A stretch of DNA of 64,000 nt from IMG/VR virus record IMGVR_UViG_3300047159_000056, positions 1-64,000 of that record, one strand, 5' to 3'. This DNA comes from a virus. Its lineage: Duplodnaviria > Caudoviricetes. The notes under the pieces are model-generated. The model was given only the letters and a program-made list of their open reading frames with translations. It had not been told where the DNA came from and made no database searches. The translations under genes were made by a program, and so were the position numbers. Shown piece by piece: positions 21,796-31,356 of the stretch; within the stretch, counting starts at the first letter, position 1; the number at the start of each line of letters is the position of its first letter.

Positions 21796-22247
21796 AGTTT
21801 TATTATTTTTTCATTAGTCTTCTTAAAACTCTTTATGTTTTCTTCATCTATCTTAAGAGATTTTTCTGTTTCAACCATTTTCTTTGCATAGATTTCAGCA
21901 AATTCATAAGTCTTAAATGATATTACACTAGGATAGAATTTATTAACTAGGTCCAGAACACCTTCAGTAATATCTTCTATTCTATATGGACTTAGATCTA
22001 TTTCTCTAGAGTGCGAATTATAATCAACCTCTGAACATGGTCTAACTAATTTCCATTTCCAAGAAAAACTATGTTCTTCTCTTATTTTTCGATATAGGAT
22101 ATAAGTTTTAGTTCCGCTATTAGATGTCATTTCTCTTATAGAAAAAACATCAGAAACTTTCTTTTTCCCAAACTTAGTATATAACCATCCACAAAAATAA
22201 AAACTAATTATAGCTAAGACTAAGCCAATTAATATAGGTAATAACAT
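21792..22247 (-). CDS. membrane-anchored paralog 2
   Basis: N-terminal TM, YILYRK..WKLVRP..SFKTYEFAE. Confidence 0.75.
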   Translation of the reverse strand: MLLPILIGLVLAIISFYFCGWLYTKFGKKKVSDVFSIREMTSNSGTKTYILYRKIREEHSFSWKWKLVRPCSEVDYNSHSREIDLSPYRIEDITEGVLDLVNKFYPSVISFKTYEFAEIYAKKMVETEKSLKIDEENIKSFKKTNEKIIKL

Positions 22248-22248
22248 A

Positions 22249-22689
22249 TTATTTTGATATTAATTCTTCTTCCTGATCCACTACAGTCTTACTATTTTCT
22301 TCTTTTTCCTCTTCTTGTAAGAGACTATTAATATAAGTTTTTGCAGCTTCATCGCTAGTAAATCCCGTTTTATGATCTCCTGCCATTTTTATATCTTTAG
22401 AGAAAACTTTATAATTACCAAGTACAAGGGGTCTGATTAATTCCCAATCTTTAACTAGGGTATTCTCTTTATCATTTACATTATAACTGTAAATTTCTCT
22501 AAAAATGAAATAAAATATACTATCATCTTTGTATACTTTCTTTACAATCTTAAAGTTCCTAGTTGGCTCTTCTTCTTCAAATTGCTTCTGTCTTAGGTAT
22601 TTATTCCTCTCATTTTTTTCGGAACAATCAAGGACAAGCAGCCCCATGAAGAATCCAAATATAAATACTAACAATAATTCAATAATCAT
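22249..22689 (-). CDS. membrane-anchored paralog 1
   Basis: N-terminal TM, YFIFRE..WELIRP..GFTSDEAAK. Confidence 0.75.
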   Translation of the reverse strand: MIIELLLVFIFGFFMGLLVLDCSEKNERNKYLRQKQFEEEEPTRNFKIVKKVYKDDSIFYFIFREIYSYNVNDKENTLVKDWELIRPLVLGNYKVFSKDIKMAGDHKTGFTSDEAAKTYINSLLQEEEKEENSKTVVDQEEELISK

Positions 22690-22881
22690 ATTCTTTTCCT
22701 TTCTTTTATTTTCATTTCATAAGTAAGGATTGAGGAAGATAGATTGGAGCGAAAAAAAAATATATAGGAATTTCTATCCAATATATATCTTTTTGTACTT
22801 TCTGACGAAAGATATTAAGTTATAAAAATAATTCAATATCTTTTACTCTCTAATTTCGGTTACCCATGAGAAACATCATTG

Positions 22882-22954
22882 TTGCGGAAATAGGAATCGA
22901 ACCTATGACCTCCAGGTTATGAGCCTGGCGAGCTACCAACTGCTCCACTCCGCG
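22882..22954 (-). tRNA. tRNA-Met(CAT), initiator type
   Basis: CGCGGAGTGGAGCAGTTGGTAGCTCGCCAGGCTCATAACCTGGAGGTCATAGGTTCGATTCCTATTTCCGCAA; C1:A72 mismatch; CCA not encoded. Confidence 0.95.
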
Positions 22955-22992
22955 ATTTTTTGTTAGTGTCTAGTGTATCCTCTTAGGAGTCT

Positions 22993-23072
22993 TATATTGA
23001 TTAAGGGAGTCTAACCCTCATCTCCTACATATTAATAGTAGACTGTTTTATCATTTAAACTATCTCAATATA
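22993..23072 (-). pseudogene. degenerate tRNA-like sequence
   Basis: Terminal stem TATATTGA/TCAATATA, D-arm TAGTTT..AAAC, CTAC/GTAG arm, T-arm GAGGG-TTAGACT-CCCTT; irregular anticodon loop. Confidence 0.45.
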
Positions 23073-23353
23073 TCCGTGACCTAAAATTAGTACACATGGT
23101 TGTGTTCATTAATTTGGTTTTAAAGTTACACTTTCTAAAATATAGCTCTCCCGGATTTCTATGCAGATTTCCTCGATATATAATTTATTAGATTATATAT
23201 ACTACACCTTAGGTTTGTGTTCATTAAAAATTGATTGATTAGCTTGTCGAGATACACTCCTCTCTATACATCTCTATTGAACAAGTCTTAGTTGTTCAAA
23301 ACTAATCTCTATCATATATAAGAATTTGAGGGGGTTCTCATCCGGAACTTTTT

Positions 23354-24243
23354 TTAATAACTATATAATTGATAGATTCTCTGTATTCCATTCTTCACTG
23401 GTTCGATCTGTTTAAAGTTATTATAAATAATTATTCCAAAAGGACAAGATTGACAAACTAAATCCCCTACTAAGATAAAGTCTTCTTTCTCAGGCTCTAT
23501 CATAACTTCATTAATAAAGCGTGGTGTATAAGAGAGAAATATTCCTTTATCCATTTTAATATCTTTTCCAATTGTTAGTTTAGTTGTATCTATAAATTTA
23601 TCTACAAAAAATAATTAGTATCACTGTTAAAACTAAATGATCTAACTTCAAAATCAAACGGAACATAAATTGTAGGATCTCCAGTAGCTACTATATCTCT
23701 TATTGAATTACTAAGAGATAGTTCTTCTTTAGCTTCCCATAAACTATATCTTACTAAACCATGTTCATTATATGCACAATTACGAACAATAAATTCTGGC
23801 TTATATCCTTTATCTGCAATAATATATAGTCTTTCAAGATTATTTTGTCCTTCATGTGGATCTTTAAGTAAGGTTTCTCTTAACTCATTATATTCTTTAT
23901 AATCCTCCATATATTTATCTATTATACTATCATCTAAGAGGTCCCACTTATATCCATTAGTAAATTTAATATACAATAAACTTCTATATTCAAATCTCTT
24001 AATAGAATCTGATATCTTCTTATATTCAGTATTTTCTATCCTATCCGCCTCTAATAGGTTGATAGAATTAAACCCATAATATTTACAAAGATCCTCAAAC
24101 TCTTCAAAGCTAACTATGCATATCTTTCTATCTAATTGTCTTTCTAAGTCACCTATAAATTTTTTACTTGGTGTTGATTGGCTTATTCTATAGGTTTTAT
24201 CTATCCCTACTACATAATCTTCAATATTCTTTTTCATATCCAA
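23354..24243 (-). CDS. hypothetical protein, paralog of 24244-25140 (frameshift at ~23605)
   Basis: Both fragments align to the neighbour (CIVSFEEFEDLC; CQSCPFGI; RIYQLY). Confidence 0.75.
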
Positions 24244-25140
24244 TTATTTATAGAGCTGATATATTCTTCTAACACCAGTCTCCTCGTGTTCTTTTTCTTT
24301 CCTAAAACTATATATTAGAATGCCAAAAGGACAGGACTGACAAATAAGACATCCTTCTACCCAAATAAAATCTCCTCCATCAAATTTTTTTATTTTATCC
24401 TCAATGTTGGATATATTGTAGGTAATAAACTCTCCTTTTTCAAATTTTTCACCCTGGATCTTGAGCTTAAAAGTGTCTATGAATTTATCTATATAGAAAT
24501 AATTATTTGTCTCTTCAGCAAAAGATCTAAATTCATAATTTAGTGTCTCATAATATGTAATATCACTAGTAATAAGTATATTCTTAATAGATTTTTGCAA
24601 AGGACCTTCCTTATCAACATTAGTCTCATGTCTCCAACCATCCCTATCCCTGCATTTCTTCATTTTAATATTTAGTTTATGTCCACTAAACATAAGTAGT
24701 CTTTCAACCAATACTTCAGAATGTTCCGTTATATAACTAAAATCTCCAATTAATGGAATCCCTGTACTCTTATCCTTATAATTCATAAACTTAATAAATG
24801 CCTTTTCACATAATGAGGTATCTTTATTTCCACTAGTAATCTTAACAAACAGAAGACTGCCATACTTAAAATTAATTAGGGACTCGGATAATTTATAATA
24901 CATATAAGCTTCTTTTCCTAAGAGATCATAAATATTATCCGATTCTATTGGTATAGTAGATTTAAATTTATAATAGTCACAGAGATTTTCAAAGTCTTCA
25001 AAACCAACTATACATACATCTTTATTAATATGTCTTTCTAATTCAGCTAGGAATCTCTTCCCAGCATTAGATAATTTTTCTCTACAATCTTTATCTAATT
25101 GTAAAACATAGCTATCTAAATCAACTTTCTTCTTTTTCAT
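24244..25140 (-). CDS. hypothetical protein
   Basis: Start reassigned to MKKKKVDL, just behind the promoter at ~25143-25153. Confidence 0.75.
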   Translation of the reverse strand: MKKKKVDLDSYVLQLDKDCREKLSNAGKRFLAELERHINKDVCIVGFEDFENLCDYYKFKSTIPIESDNIYDLLGKEAYMYYKLSESLINFKYGSLLFVKITSGNKDTSLCEKAFIKFMNYKDKSTGIPLIGDFSYITEHSEVLVERLLMFSGHKLNIKMKKCRDRDGWRHETNVDKEGPLQKSIKNILITSDITYYETLNYEFRSFAEETNNYFYIDKFIDTFKLKIQGEKFEKGEFITYNISNIEDKIKKFDGGDFIWVEGCLICQSCPFGILIYSFRKEKEHEETGVRRIYQLYK

Positions 25141-25180
25141 ATCAAGAATAAGGAAATGGGATTGAAAAAAGAGAAGAGCT

Positions 25181-25489
25181 TTAATACTCTTCTCCATTCC
25201 ACCAAGCGCTTATCTTACGTCTTAGCTCTCCACCATCCAGAGCTTTATCCATCTGGTGGTTTAAGATTTTTATTTCAGTCCTCAACACATGTTTGGGGCT
25301 GTAAAACTTTCTAAGTCTCTCTTCTTCAAAAGGCTTTTCAACTCTATCTGCTTTGACCTCTTCAGTCTTAGCTTCTTTTTCTTCTCTTTCTTTTTTCCAA
25401 TCTACCTTAATAGACCGAAAAACCCATATTAATATCCCGATTGTAAAAGCCGGAATAAGGGCAATCAATATGCCTACTATTGTCCACAT
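25181..25489 (-). CDS. small membrane protein with AATAGT-loop leader
   Basis: N-terminal TM; promoter and leader hairpin at 25511-25543. Confidence 0.75.
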   Translation of the reverse strand: MWTIVGILIALIPAFTIGILIWVFRSIKVDWKKEREEKEAKTEEVKADRVEKPFEEERLRKFYSPKHVLRTEIKILNHQMDKALDGGELRRKISAWWNGEEY

Positions 25490-25569
25490 AGTTTTATATA
25501 TTTTATGTTAGGAGTAAACACTATTGTTCCTCCATATATAAGGGTCTCATATATATTTTGGACGGAAAG

Positions 25570-26382
25570 TTAAAGCTGCTGTCTAAGAAGTTCACTTTTA
25601 TTTTCTATCTTAATAGTTTCATAGGTTTCATCATCCTTTAACCAAATAAGAACCCTACCTAGGATTGGAATACCTATACTTTCTAACATTCCCTGATAAG
25701 CAGAAAATTGAAGTGTATAGTGTCCGAGTGGTTCTTCATATAAGTCAGAAAATGGAGATTTCATCATTTTTCCATTATTCCTACTATACTCTTTAGTTAA
25801 TTCTTTATTGGTTTTATAGTCACACAAGATAAACCCACTATTACCTGAAGGATTATCATAGTAGACTAGGAGATCAAATGTACCAGCCATCTTAGTAGAT
25901 ACTCCCATATATCCTGAATGCATCATAAACTCTGCACCAACTAGGTAGATATTTCCTTTATCTAATATATTATCCAAGAAATTTTTAACAGCTACTTCTT
26001 TTGGTCTAGTAGGAATTAACCAGCCTTTATCTTTATAGAATTTTGGCTGACAACTTGGAGCTATCTTGGAGGGGAAACCTGCTTTTAACCAACCATAAGA
26101 TTCTGCAAATTCGTGAACTAAGCTTCCAGTAATAGTTGCTCTTAGGTTAGTATATTTCCATTGATCTAGGACATCTTCTTGCTTTAAGTTATTCTTCTCA
26201 GCATATTCAGAAGATCTAAGGTTATCATCAAAAGGTATTTCCCATCTTCCTATAATATAAGAGACTGGTGTATATTCTTCACTCCCTAAGAAATATTGAT
26301 GACTCTGTTCAATAAATCTAATATCCTTAAATTTCTCTAGGATATAATTTCTAGCATCCTCTATAAATTTTGTTTCTATCAT
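25570..26382 (-). CDS. PD-(D/E)XK (RecB/Cas4-like) exonuclease
   Basis: GSLVHEFAE, E..AGTFDLL..LCDYKT, YTLQFSAY. Confidence 0.88.
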   Translation of the reverse strand: MIETKFIEDARNYILEKFKDIRFIEQSHQYFLGSEEYTPVSYIIGRWEIPFDDNLRSSEYAEKNNLKQEDVLDQWKYTNLRATITGSLVHEFAESYGWLKAGFPSKIAPSCQPKFYKDKGWLIPTRPKEVAVKNFLDNILDKGNIYLVGAEFMMHSGYMGVSTKMAGTFDLLVYYDNPSGNSGFILCDYKTNKELTKEYSRNNGKMMKSPFSDLYEEPLGHYTLQFSAYQGMLESIGIPILGRVLIWLKDDETYETIKIENKSELLRQQL

Positions 26383-26417
26383 AACATTAGTAAGGGAGTA
26401 TTAACCTTCTCGGGAGC

Positions 26418-26506
26418 AAAAAAACGAGGAAGCTTAATCATCACGACCTTACTTCCTCTAGAGATTTCAAAATAACATAAACATAAATGCTTCTTCATTA
26501 GTAAGG
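26418..26506 (-). ncRNA. orphan copy of the array-type small RNA
   Basis: Promoter CCTTACTAATG, 34-nt variable part, GAGGAAGTAAGGTC-GTGAT-GATTAAGCTTCCTC-T7. Confidence 0.7.
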
Positions 26507-26569
26507 AAAGGAGGGTCGAAAAAAAAACGAGTGACTTTTATATATATCACTCGTCTTTAATTTCTTTTC

Positions 26570-26932
26570 TCAATCTCCACTACCCGGTACAGGCTTAATG
26601 TTGATAAGAACTTTCACCAAGTTTAGAATTGTATCTTTAACTGACACTAAGAGCCTTTCCTCTTCCATCTTATCACATGCAGCCAGAATATTCTCCAGCT
26701 GATCCATCGACATCTTATCTATTTCTCCTATGTCATCTATGTCTTGTTCAATTCTAAACCGATCCCTATACTTATTAAACTCACTTATAGCCTCGGGTGA
26801 ATTGAGATAATTTCTTATTTTTTTCTTGAGAACTCTTTTTCTACTATAGTCCTCATACTTAATAACAGCTACAATTGCTGCTCCCAAGACGGCGGTTTTT
26901 AATACACCGCCAATAATTGTTTCTTTTTTCAT
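26570..26932 (-). CDS. hypothetical membrane-anchored protein
   Basis: 120 aa with its own promoter and terminator. Confidence 0.7.
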   Translation of the reverse strand: MKKETIIGGVLKTAVLGAAIVAVIKYEDYSRKRVLKKKIRNYLNSPEAISEFNKYRDRFRIEQDIDDIGEIDKMSMDQLENILAACDKMEEERLLVSVKDTILNLVKVLINIKPVPGSGD

Positions 26933-27046
26933 AATAACTATAATTTTTGTTGTTAATCAAAAATAAGGATTTACCGGGATATGACCTAGAATCCTTATTA
27001 GTGGATAAAGGGTAAGTTGGTTTTTAAAGACTTGCTCTTTTATTCT

Positions 27047-27120
27047 CCACTGTAAATCCGAATGCCTCAACGTGGCGCAGTGGTCTAGTGGTAGCACTAA
27101 AGTTGTGAAGCCAAATTCGG
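27047..27120 (+). ncRNA. candidate HDV-like double-pseudoknot RNA
   Basis: P1 CCACTGT/GCAGTGG, P2 CCGAAT/ATTCGG, P3 GCC/GGC, L3 TCAACGT, P4 TAGTG/CACTA, J4/2 GCCAA. Confidence 0.5.
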
Positions 27121-27319
27121 CAAAGATATGTAGACTATCCTATAGCTTACATATTAGAGTACTTAGAGGAAACTTTAATAGACATGAAAGTGTTTGAATA
27201 AAATTATAACAAAATTAAATAAAAATGAAACGAGAATGTATTAATTGTTTAGTTAAATTAGAAAGACAAGAACAGATAATAGATTCAGTCTCATTGTTAT
27301 TAACTAAAAATATATTATT

Positions 27320-27859
27320 ATGAAAGAGGAAAAATCGTTGAAACTTGCTGGGGTATTTATAGGAACATTAATTGTTGTAATACCCCTTGGAATCTTAGCC
27401 TCTCGTATAATGAATAGCTATTTAATTAAATGCAAAGGAGGAAAAGAAAAAGATGAAAGGAAAAAAGAAGAACAAAGCAATTCATTGGTAGGGTTAAGTA
27501 AAACAGGAACTAGTGAAGAAGATAAAAATAGTGAGGAACGGTTGAGAGACCTAGTACTTAGTATTCTTAACGATCGGGAGAATATGCCAGAGAATCACAT
27601 GCAATTTATAAGAAGATTGTATGAAGAGGCTATGAGATATCTTCCACAGGATGATTCTTTGCTTTTGTATTGTCCAAAGAACGTTAGTGAGCTTGAAACA
27701 ATGCTGAAGCGTTTTAGACTCTCAGATTTATTTTATAGAAGGGTTGTGTATAACATAGATGAGAAAATACATCATGTAGTAGTAAATATTGCGGTTAAAA
27801 AAGACCCACGTATTGCTATGAGATTATTTGATTCAGACTATGATTATGAAGAAGAATAA
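27320..27859 (+). CDS. hypothetical membrane-anchored protein
   Basis: 179 aa, N-terminal TM. Confidence 0.75.
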   Translation: MKEEKSLKLAGVFIGTLIVVIPLGILASRIMNSYLIKCKGGKEKDERKKEEQSNSLVGLSKTGTSEEDKNSEERLRDLVLSILNDRENMPENHMQFIRRLYEEAMRYLPQDDSLLLYCPKNVSELETMLKRFRLSDLFYRRVVYNIDEKIHHVVVNIAVKKDPRIAMRLFDSDYDYEEE

Positions 27860-27866
27860 CAGTGAG

Positions 27867-27906
27867 AAAAAAGAGAAGGTTAAATTCCTTCTCTTTATTT
27901 TTTTTT
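27867..27906. terminator. bidirectional intrinsic terminator
   Basis: AAAGAGAAGG/CCTTCTCTTT between convergent genes. Confidence 0.8.
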
Positions 27907-28401
27907 TCAAGTATTATATAAGAAATAATCCTCTAAACACTTGAATACATTTATTAGATCTCCAGCCTTTAAGAAGAATGGAAACTTATGGTCTTCTATA
28001 TTTTTTTCGTCCACTAAGTTATTCACGGCTTCTATACTGCTAACCGAATTGTTATTATTAAAATCTACTAAGGTTATTACATAGCGAGAACATAACCCAT
28101 TCGGAGATACTTTTTGATTAGTTTTTGGACATATACCACAATCTCCATCCCCTATTTTGCAAGCTCCATTACAAGTATGCTCGGAACAACTAAATAGCTT
28201 ACCTATATATTTCTGTAAGTCTGCTTTTGGTTCATTAAAACAACTTACCCAATAGAAATACTTACTAGAACACTTCTCTATCTTATCATTGCTCAAAGCA
28301 TACTCAATATATAAATCTCCACCTGGTATTTTTCTTAACCAGACGTAATTATGATCTATACCAGCTGCTTTGGCAAATGTAAATAATAGTTCTTTATCCA
28401 T
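27907..28401 (-). CDS. Cys-rich hypothetical protein
   Basis: 164 aa with a Cys cluster. Confidence 0.7.
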   Translation of the reverse strand: MDKELLFTFAKAAGIDHNYVWLRKIPGGDLYIEYALSNDKIEKCSSKYFYWVSCFNEPKADLQKYIGKLFSCSEHTCNGACKIGDGDCGICPKTNQKVSPNGLCSRYVITLVDFNNNNSVSSIEAVNNLVDEKNIEDHKFPFFLKAGDLINVFKCLEDYFLYNT

Positions 28402-28756
28402 ATAATAATTCCTTTCCTATTTGTTTAATTGTTTCTAAGATCTTATCAATTGACTCATAACTAACTACATCCTCGTCTCCTATATCTTCCTCTAAAAAAT
28501 CTAATCTTACTTTAGTAGTAAATAGAGATCTAATTGGTCTACTTTCATCCAAACTAATCTCATATAAAATTAGATGTTCATAGTCAAATCTATATATAGG
28601 GAGTTGGTTAAAATTATTTGTTATTATAGTTCCATCTAGATCATATAATCCTTCATCTTTAACTATTCTACCAAAATAACAAAAGGTAAGGGGAGATGAT
28701 GCTGCCCCCTTCATTAATTTTTTGTATATATTAAGATTGTCCATCATCTTCTTCAA
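28394..28756 (-). CDS. hypothetical protein
   Basis: 120 aa, overlapping its neighbours. Confidence 0.65.
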   Translation of the reverse strand: MKKMMDNLNIYKKLMKGAASSPLTFCYFGRIVKDEGLYDLDGTIITNNFNQLPIYRFDYEHLILYEISLDESRPIRSLFTTKVRLDFLEEDIGDEDVVSYESIDKILETIKQIGKELLYG

Positions 28757-29663
28757 TTAATGTTTCTAACTCATCTGAATATAAGCTATCTAGAAATCTT
28801 ACTACACAATTTGGAGTAATCCTAATAGGAGAACCACTAATTGTAAACATATTATCTATGGTAACCTGAGATATTCTAGACACCGGATCATTAAAAGAAG
28901 CAGCTAATATAGTTGGAATAGTTCCTGGTATATATTTAGCTACACATATGGCACCTGAAATTAAGTAGCCTATAAAATTTAGTTTGGCTACATTTTCAAC
29001 ATATTCTTCCAGGGGATAAAGCATATTGAATAGTTTACCCTCTAGTTGTTTCTTAATAATTTCCTTATTCTTTTTCATAACGCCTAAGGATATTTTTGTG
29101 CTGTTCCACTAGTCCATCTACCTTTTCTAATAAATGCTATATCTTTATCACTAGAATTTGTCATAGCCGCATCTCTTTCTATGTCACTATGAAAACCTCC
29201 TTTAGTTCTTACTGACCAGATTTCTTGGCTCACTAAACATATGATAAACAGTTACTATAGATTTATCCTCTAGATTTTTGTTTAACCAGTCTTGAGCTTT
29301 CTTATCTGCTCCCCAATAATCCCCAACCACAAAAGTAGCAGTGAGATCATTCTTTAGTACTTTCTCTAATTCTGGAACGTACCATTTATAAAATTCATCT
29401 TTCTTTATGTCTCTATGACCTGAAATAAAATATATCATTCTATTTTCAACATATTCTCTAAAGTGATTATCTATTACGTAATTAGTAGTTCCTTCAAATT
29501 CCTTTAGTTCTCCAGTATATATTGCCTGAAATAGTCTTGGTTTATCGGGTTCATCTTCATAAAATTGAAAATAAACATAGTAACAATATTCTTCCAGGGG
29601 ATAAAGCATATTGAATAGTTTACCCTCTAGTTGTTTCTTAATAATTTCCTTATTCTTTTTCAT
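28731..29663 (-). pseudogene. hypothetical gene split by a 450-bp duplicated insert
   Basis: MKKNKEII...HFREYVEN joins VAKLNFIG... once the insert is removed. Confidence 0.65.
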
Positions 29664-30039
29664 AACGCCTAAGGATATTTTGTGCTGTTCCACTAGTCCA
29701 TCTACCTTTTCTAATAAATGCTATATCTTTATCACTAGAATTTGTCATAGCCGCATCTCTTTCTATGTCACTATGAAAACCTCCTTTAGTTCTGAAAGAT
29801 TTACTGACCAGATTTCTTGGCTCACTAAACATATGATAAACAGTTACTATAGATTTATCCTCTAGATTTTTGTTTAACCAGTCTTGAGCTTTCTTATCTG
29901 CTCCCCAATAATCCCCAACCACAAAAGTAGCAGTGAGATCATTCTTTAGTACTTTCTCTAATTCTGGAACGTACCATTTATAAAATTCATCTTTCTTTAT
30001 GTCTCTATGACCTGAAATAAAATATATCATTCTATTTTC
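29001..30039. repeat. ~450-bp near-identical duplication (29001-29447 vs 29587-30039)
   Basis: Identical by eye apart from an ~8-nt deletion in the left copy. Confidence 0.92.
29650..30030 (-). CDS. SLOG-superfamily (YspA-like) protein
   Basis: FISGHRD, VVGDYWGAD, ERDAAM, SGTAQNI. Confidence 0.7.
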   Translation of the reverse strand: MIYFISGHRDIKKDEFYKWYVPELEKVLKNDLTATFVVGDYWGADKKAQDWLNKNLEDKSIVTVYHMFSEPRNLVSKSFRTKGGFHSDIERDAAMTNSSDKDIAFIRKGRWTSGTAQNILRRYEKE

Positions 30040-30171
30040 TTTTAGTTAATATCAAATATAAGGTTCCAAAGTCCTTACTAATGAAATAATTAGATAAAAT
30101 ATGAACGAAATTTATCGGATAAAAAATTTAGAGTTAGCCATAAATCAAGCAGAAAGAAGGGAATATTTACA

Positions 30172-30429
30172 ATGGAAGATTCTTATTGGGTAGATAGATT
30201 AAAGAAAGCAATAAAAGAGATCGAGAAATATTTTACCCAGATTATTCTATGTGGTGACTTTAATTATCAGAATTCATCATCTATAGCTATTTTAAAAGGA
30301 GATGGTTCTGGAGTTGTTAATACAATAATAAATCTTGATCAGGATAGTCTAAAAGTAGAGATTAGATTTGCTGAATGGAATGGTCCCTATACTATAGAGA
30401 ATATGATTTCAGAATTTAAGTTATTTTGA
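30172..30429 (+). CDS. hypothetical protein (start probably 30101, frameshifted)
   Basis: Promoter at 30073 and an ATG at 30101 in another frame. Confidence 0.55.
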   Translation: MEDSYWVDRLKKAIKEIEKYFTQIILCGDFNYQNSSSIAILKGDGSGVVNTIINLDQDSLKVEIRFAEWNGPYTIENMISEFKLF

Positions 30430-30481
30430 AAGATCTCCCAAAACCTTATATTTGATAAATAACTAAAAACCAATAGAAAAA

Positions 30482-30631
30482 ATGAAAAAAGAAACAAAAA
30501 CAAAAAGTGATTTCTTCAAGTTGGATACACCGACAGGAGAAACAGCAATGGTAAAAAAGAACGGGCCTTCTCTAAAAACGGAGGAGGACAAAAAAGATGA
30601 TAATGGTAATATAGCAGAGATATATTACTAG
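30482..30631 (+). CDS. 49-aa hypothetical protein
   Basis: Promoter at 30444, A-rich leader, MKKETKTKSDFF... Confidence 0.55.
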   Translation: MKKETKTKSDFFKLDTPTGETAMVKKNGPSLKTEEDKKDDNGNIAEIYY

Positions 30632-30697
30632 GTATATCTATGGAGCTTATACAATAATAAAATATATAGGCTCCTAAATTTTTTAAAATCAAAAAAA

Positions 30698-31258
30698 ATG
30701 GATGTAACAGTTATTAAAGACCAGATTAAGAAATTAACTGGCATTGAAAAGAGTGAAGTAATAAAGGTTCTAAAAGACTTAGGGCCTAGTGAAAAATATG
30801 CTGTGGCGGCTTATCTATTTCCTACAAACCTACTTGATGGTGACTTACCAATAATGATAGGAACTAATAGGATGGAGAATAAGAATGGTTGGTTAAGCCC
30901 AGAGGATAGTGAAATAATAGTCCTACTGAATGCTTATAGAACACCACAATATAGAAGATTTATTAGGCACCTCTTACATTCATTTACAGATCCTAAGATG
31001 GTTTATCCATTAGAGGGTAGATTTATAACCAGTTGCTGTATATGTAAGAAAAATATATTTCATTTTGACATTTGGAAGGAGGAGTGTAAGAAATTTCCAA
31101 GCTTAAGTGAAGAGAATAGGAAAGAACATTTATCATATGGAAGTAAGAATAGTAATATTGAACTTTGTTTAGATTGCATTATTCAGATAAATGGCTTACA
31201 CAAACTGCTACTAGAAATTGAAGGACCAAATTATCTAGATAGTGGTTTTTGCTTATAA
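30698..31258 (+). CDS. hypothetical Zn-binding protein
   Basis: CCIC...CLDC motifs. Confidence 0.7.
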   Translation: MDVTVIKDQIKKLTGIEKSEVIKVLKDLGPSEKYAVAAYLFPTNLLDGDLPIMIGTNRMENKNGWLSPEDSEIIVLLNAYRTPQYRRFIRHLLHSFTDPKMVYPLEGRFITSCCICKKNIFHFDIWKEECKKFPSLSEENRKEHLSYGSKNSNIELCLDCIIQINGLHKLLLEIEGPNYLDSGFCL

Positions 31259-31356
31259 TTTAACTTGAGACCCTTATATGTGGGAATAAAGTTAAACACA
31301 TTGTAGAGAGATATGGATTTTATTCCGTGTCTCTCTATTTTTATTTATTATAATAG

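Noticed and set aside
22993-23072. Ochre suppressor tRNA (TTA in the loop)
   Set aside because: The loop is 9 nt without a clear U33 register and the acceptor stem and T-loop are mismatched, so no anticodon can be assigned
25570-26382. Cas4 as part of a CRISPR system
   Set aside because: No Fe-S cysteine cluster and no other cas genes; it is a generic phage PD-(D/E)XK exonuclease
27050-27100. tRNA-Tyr-like fragment (CTGTAAATC, GGCGCAGTGG)
   Set aside because: Elements are in the wrong order and there is no T-arm; the pseudoknot model fits better
29001-30039. Diversity-generating retroelement TR/VR pair
   Set aside because: No adenine-specific mismatches between the copies and no reverse transcriptase in the window
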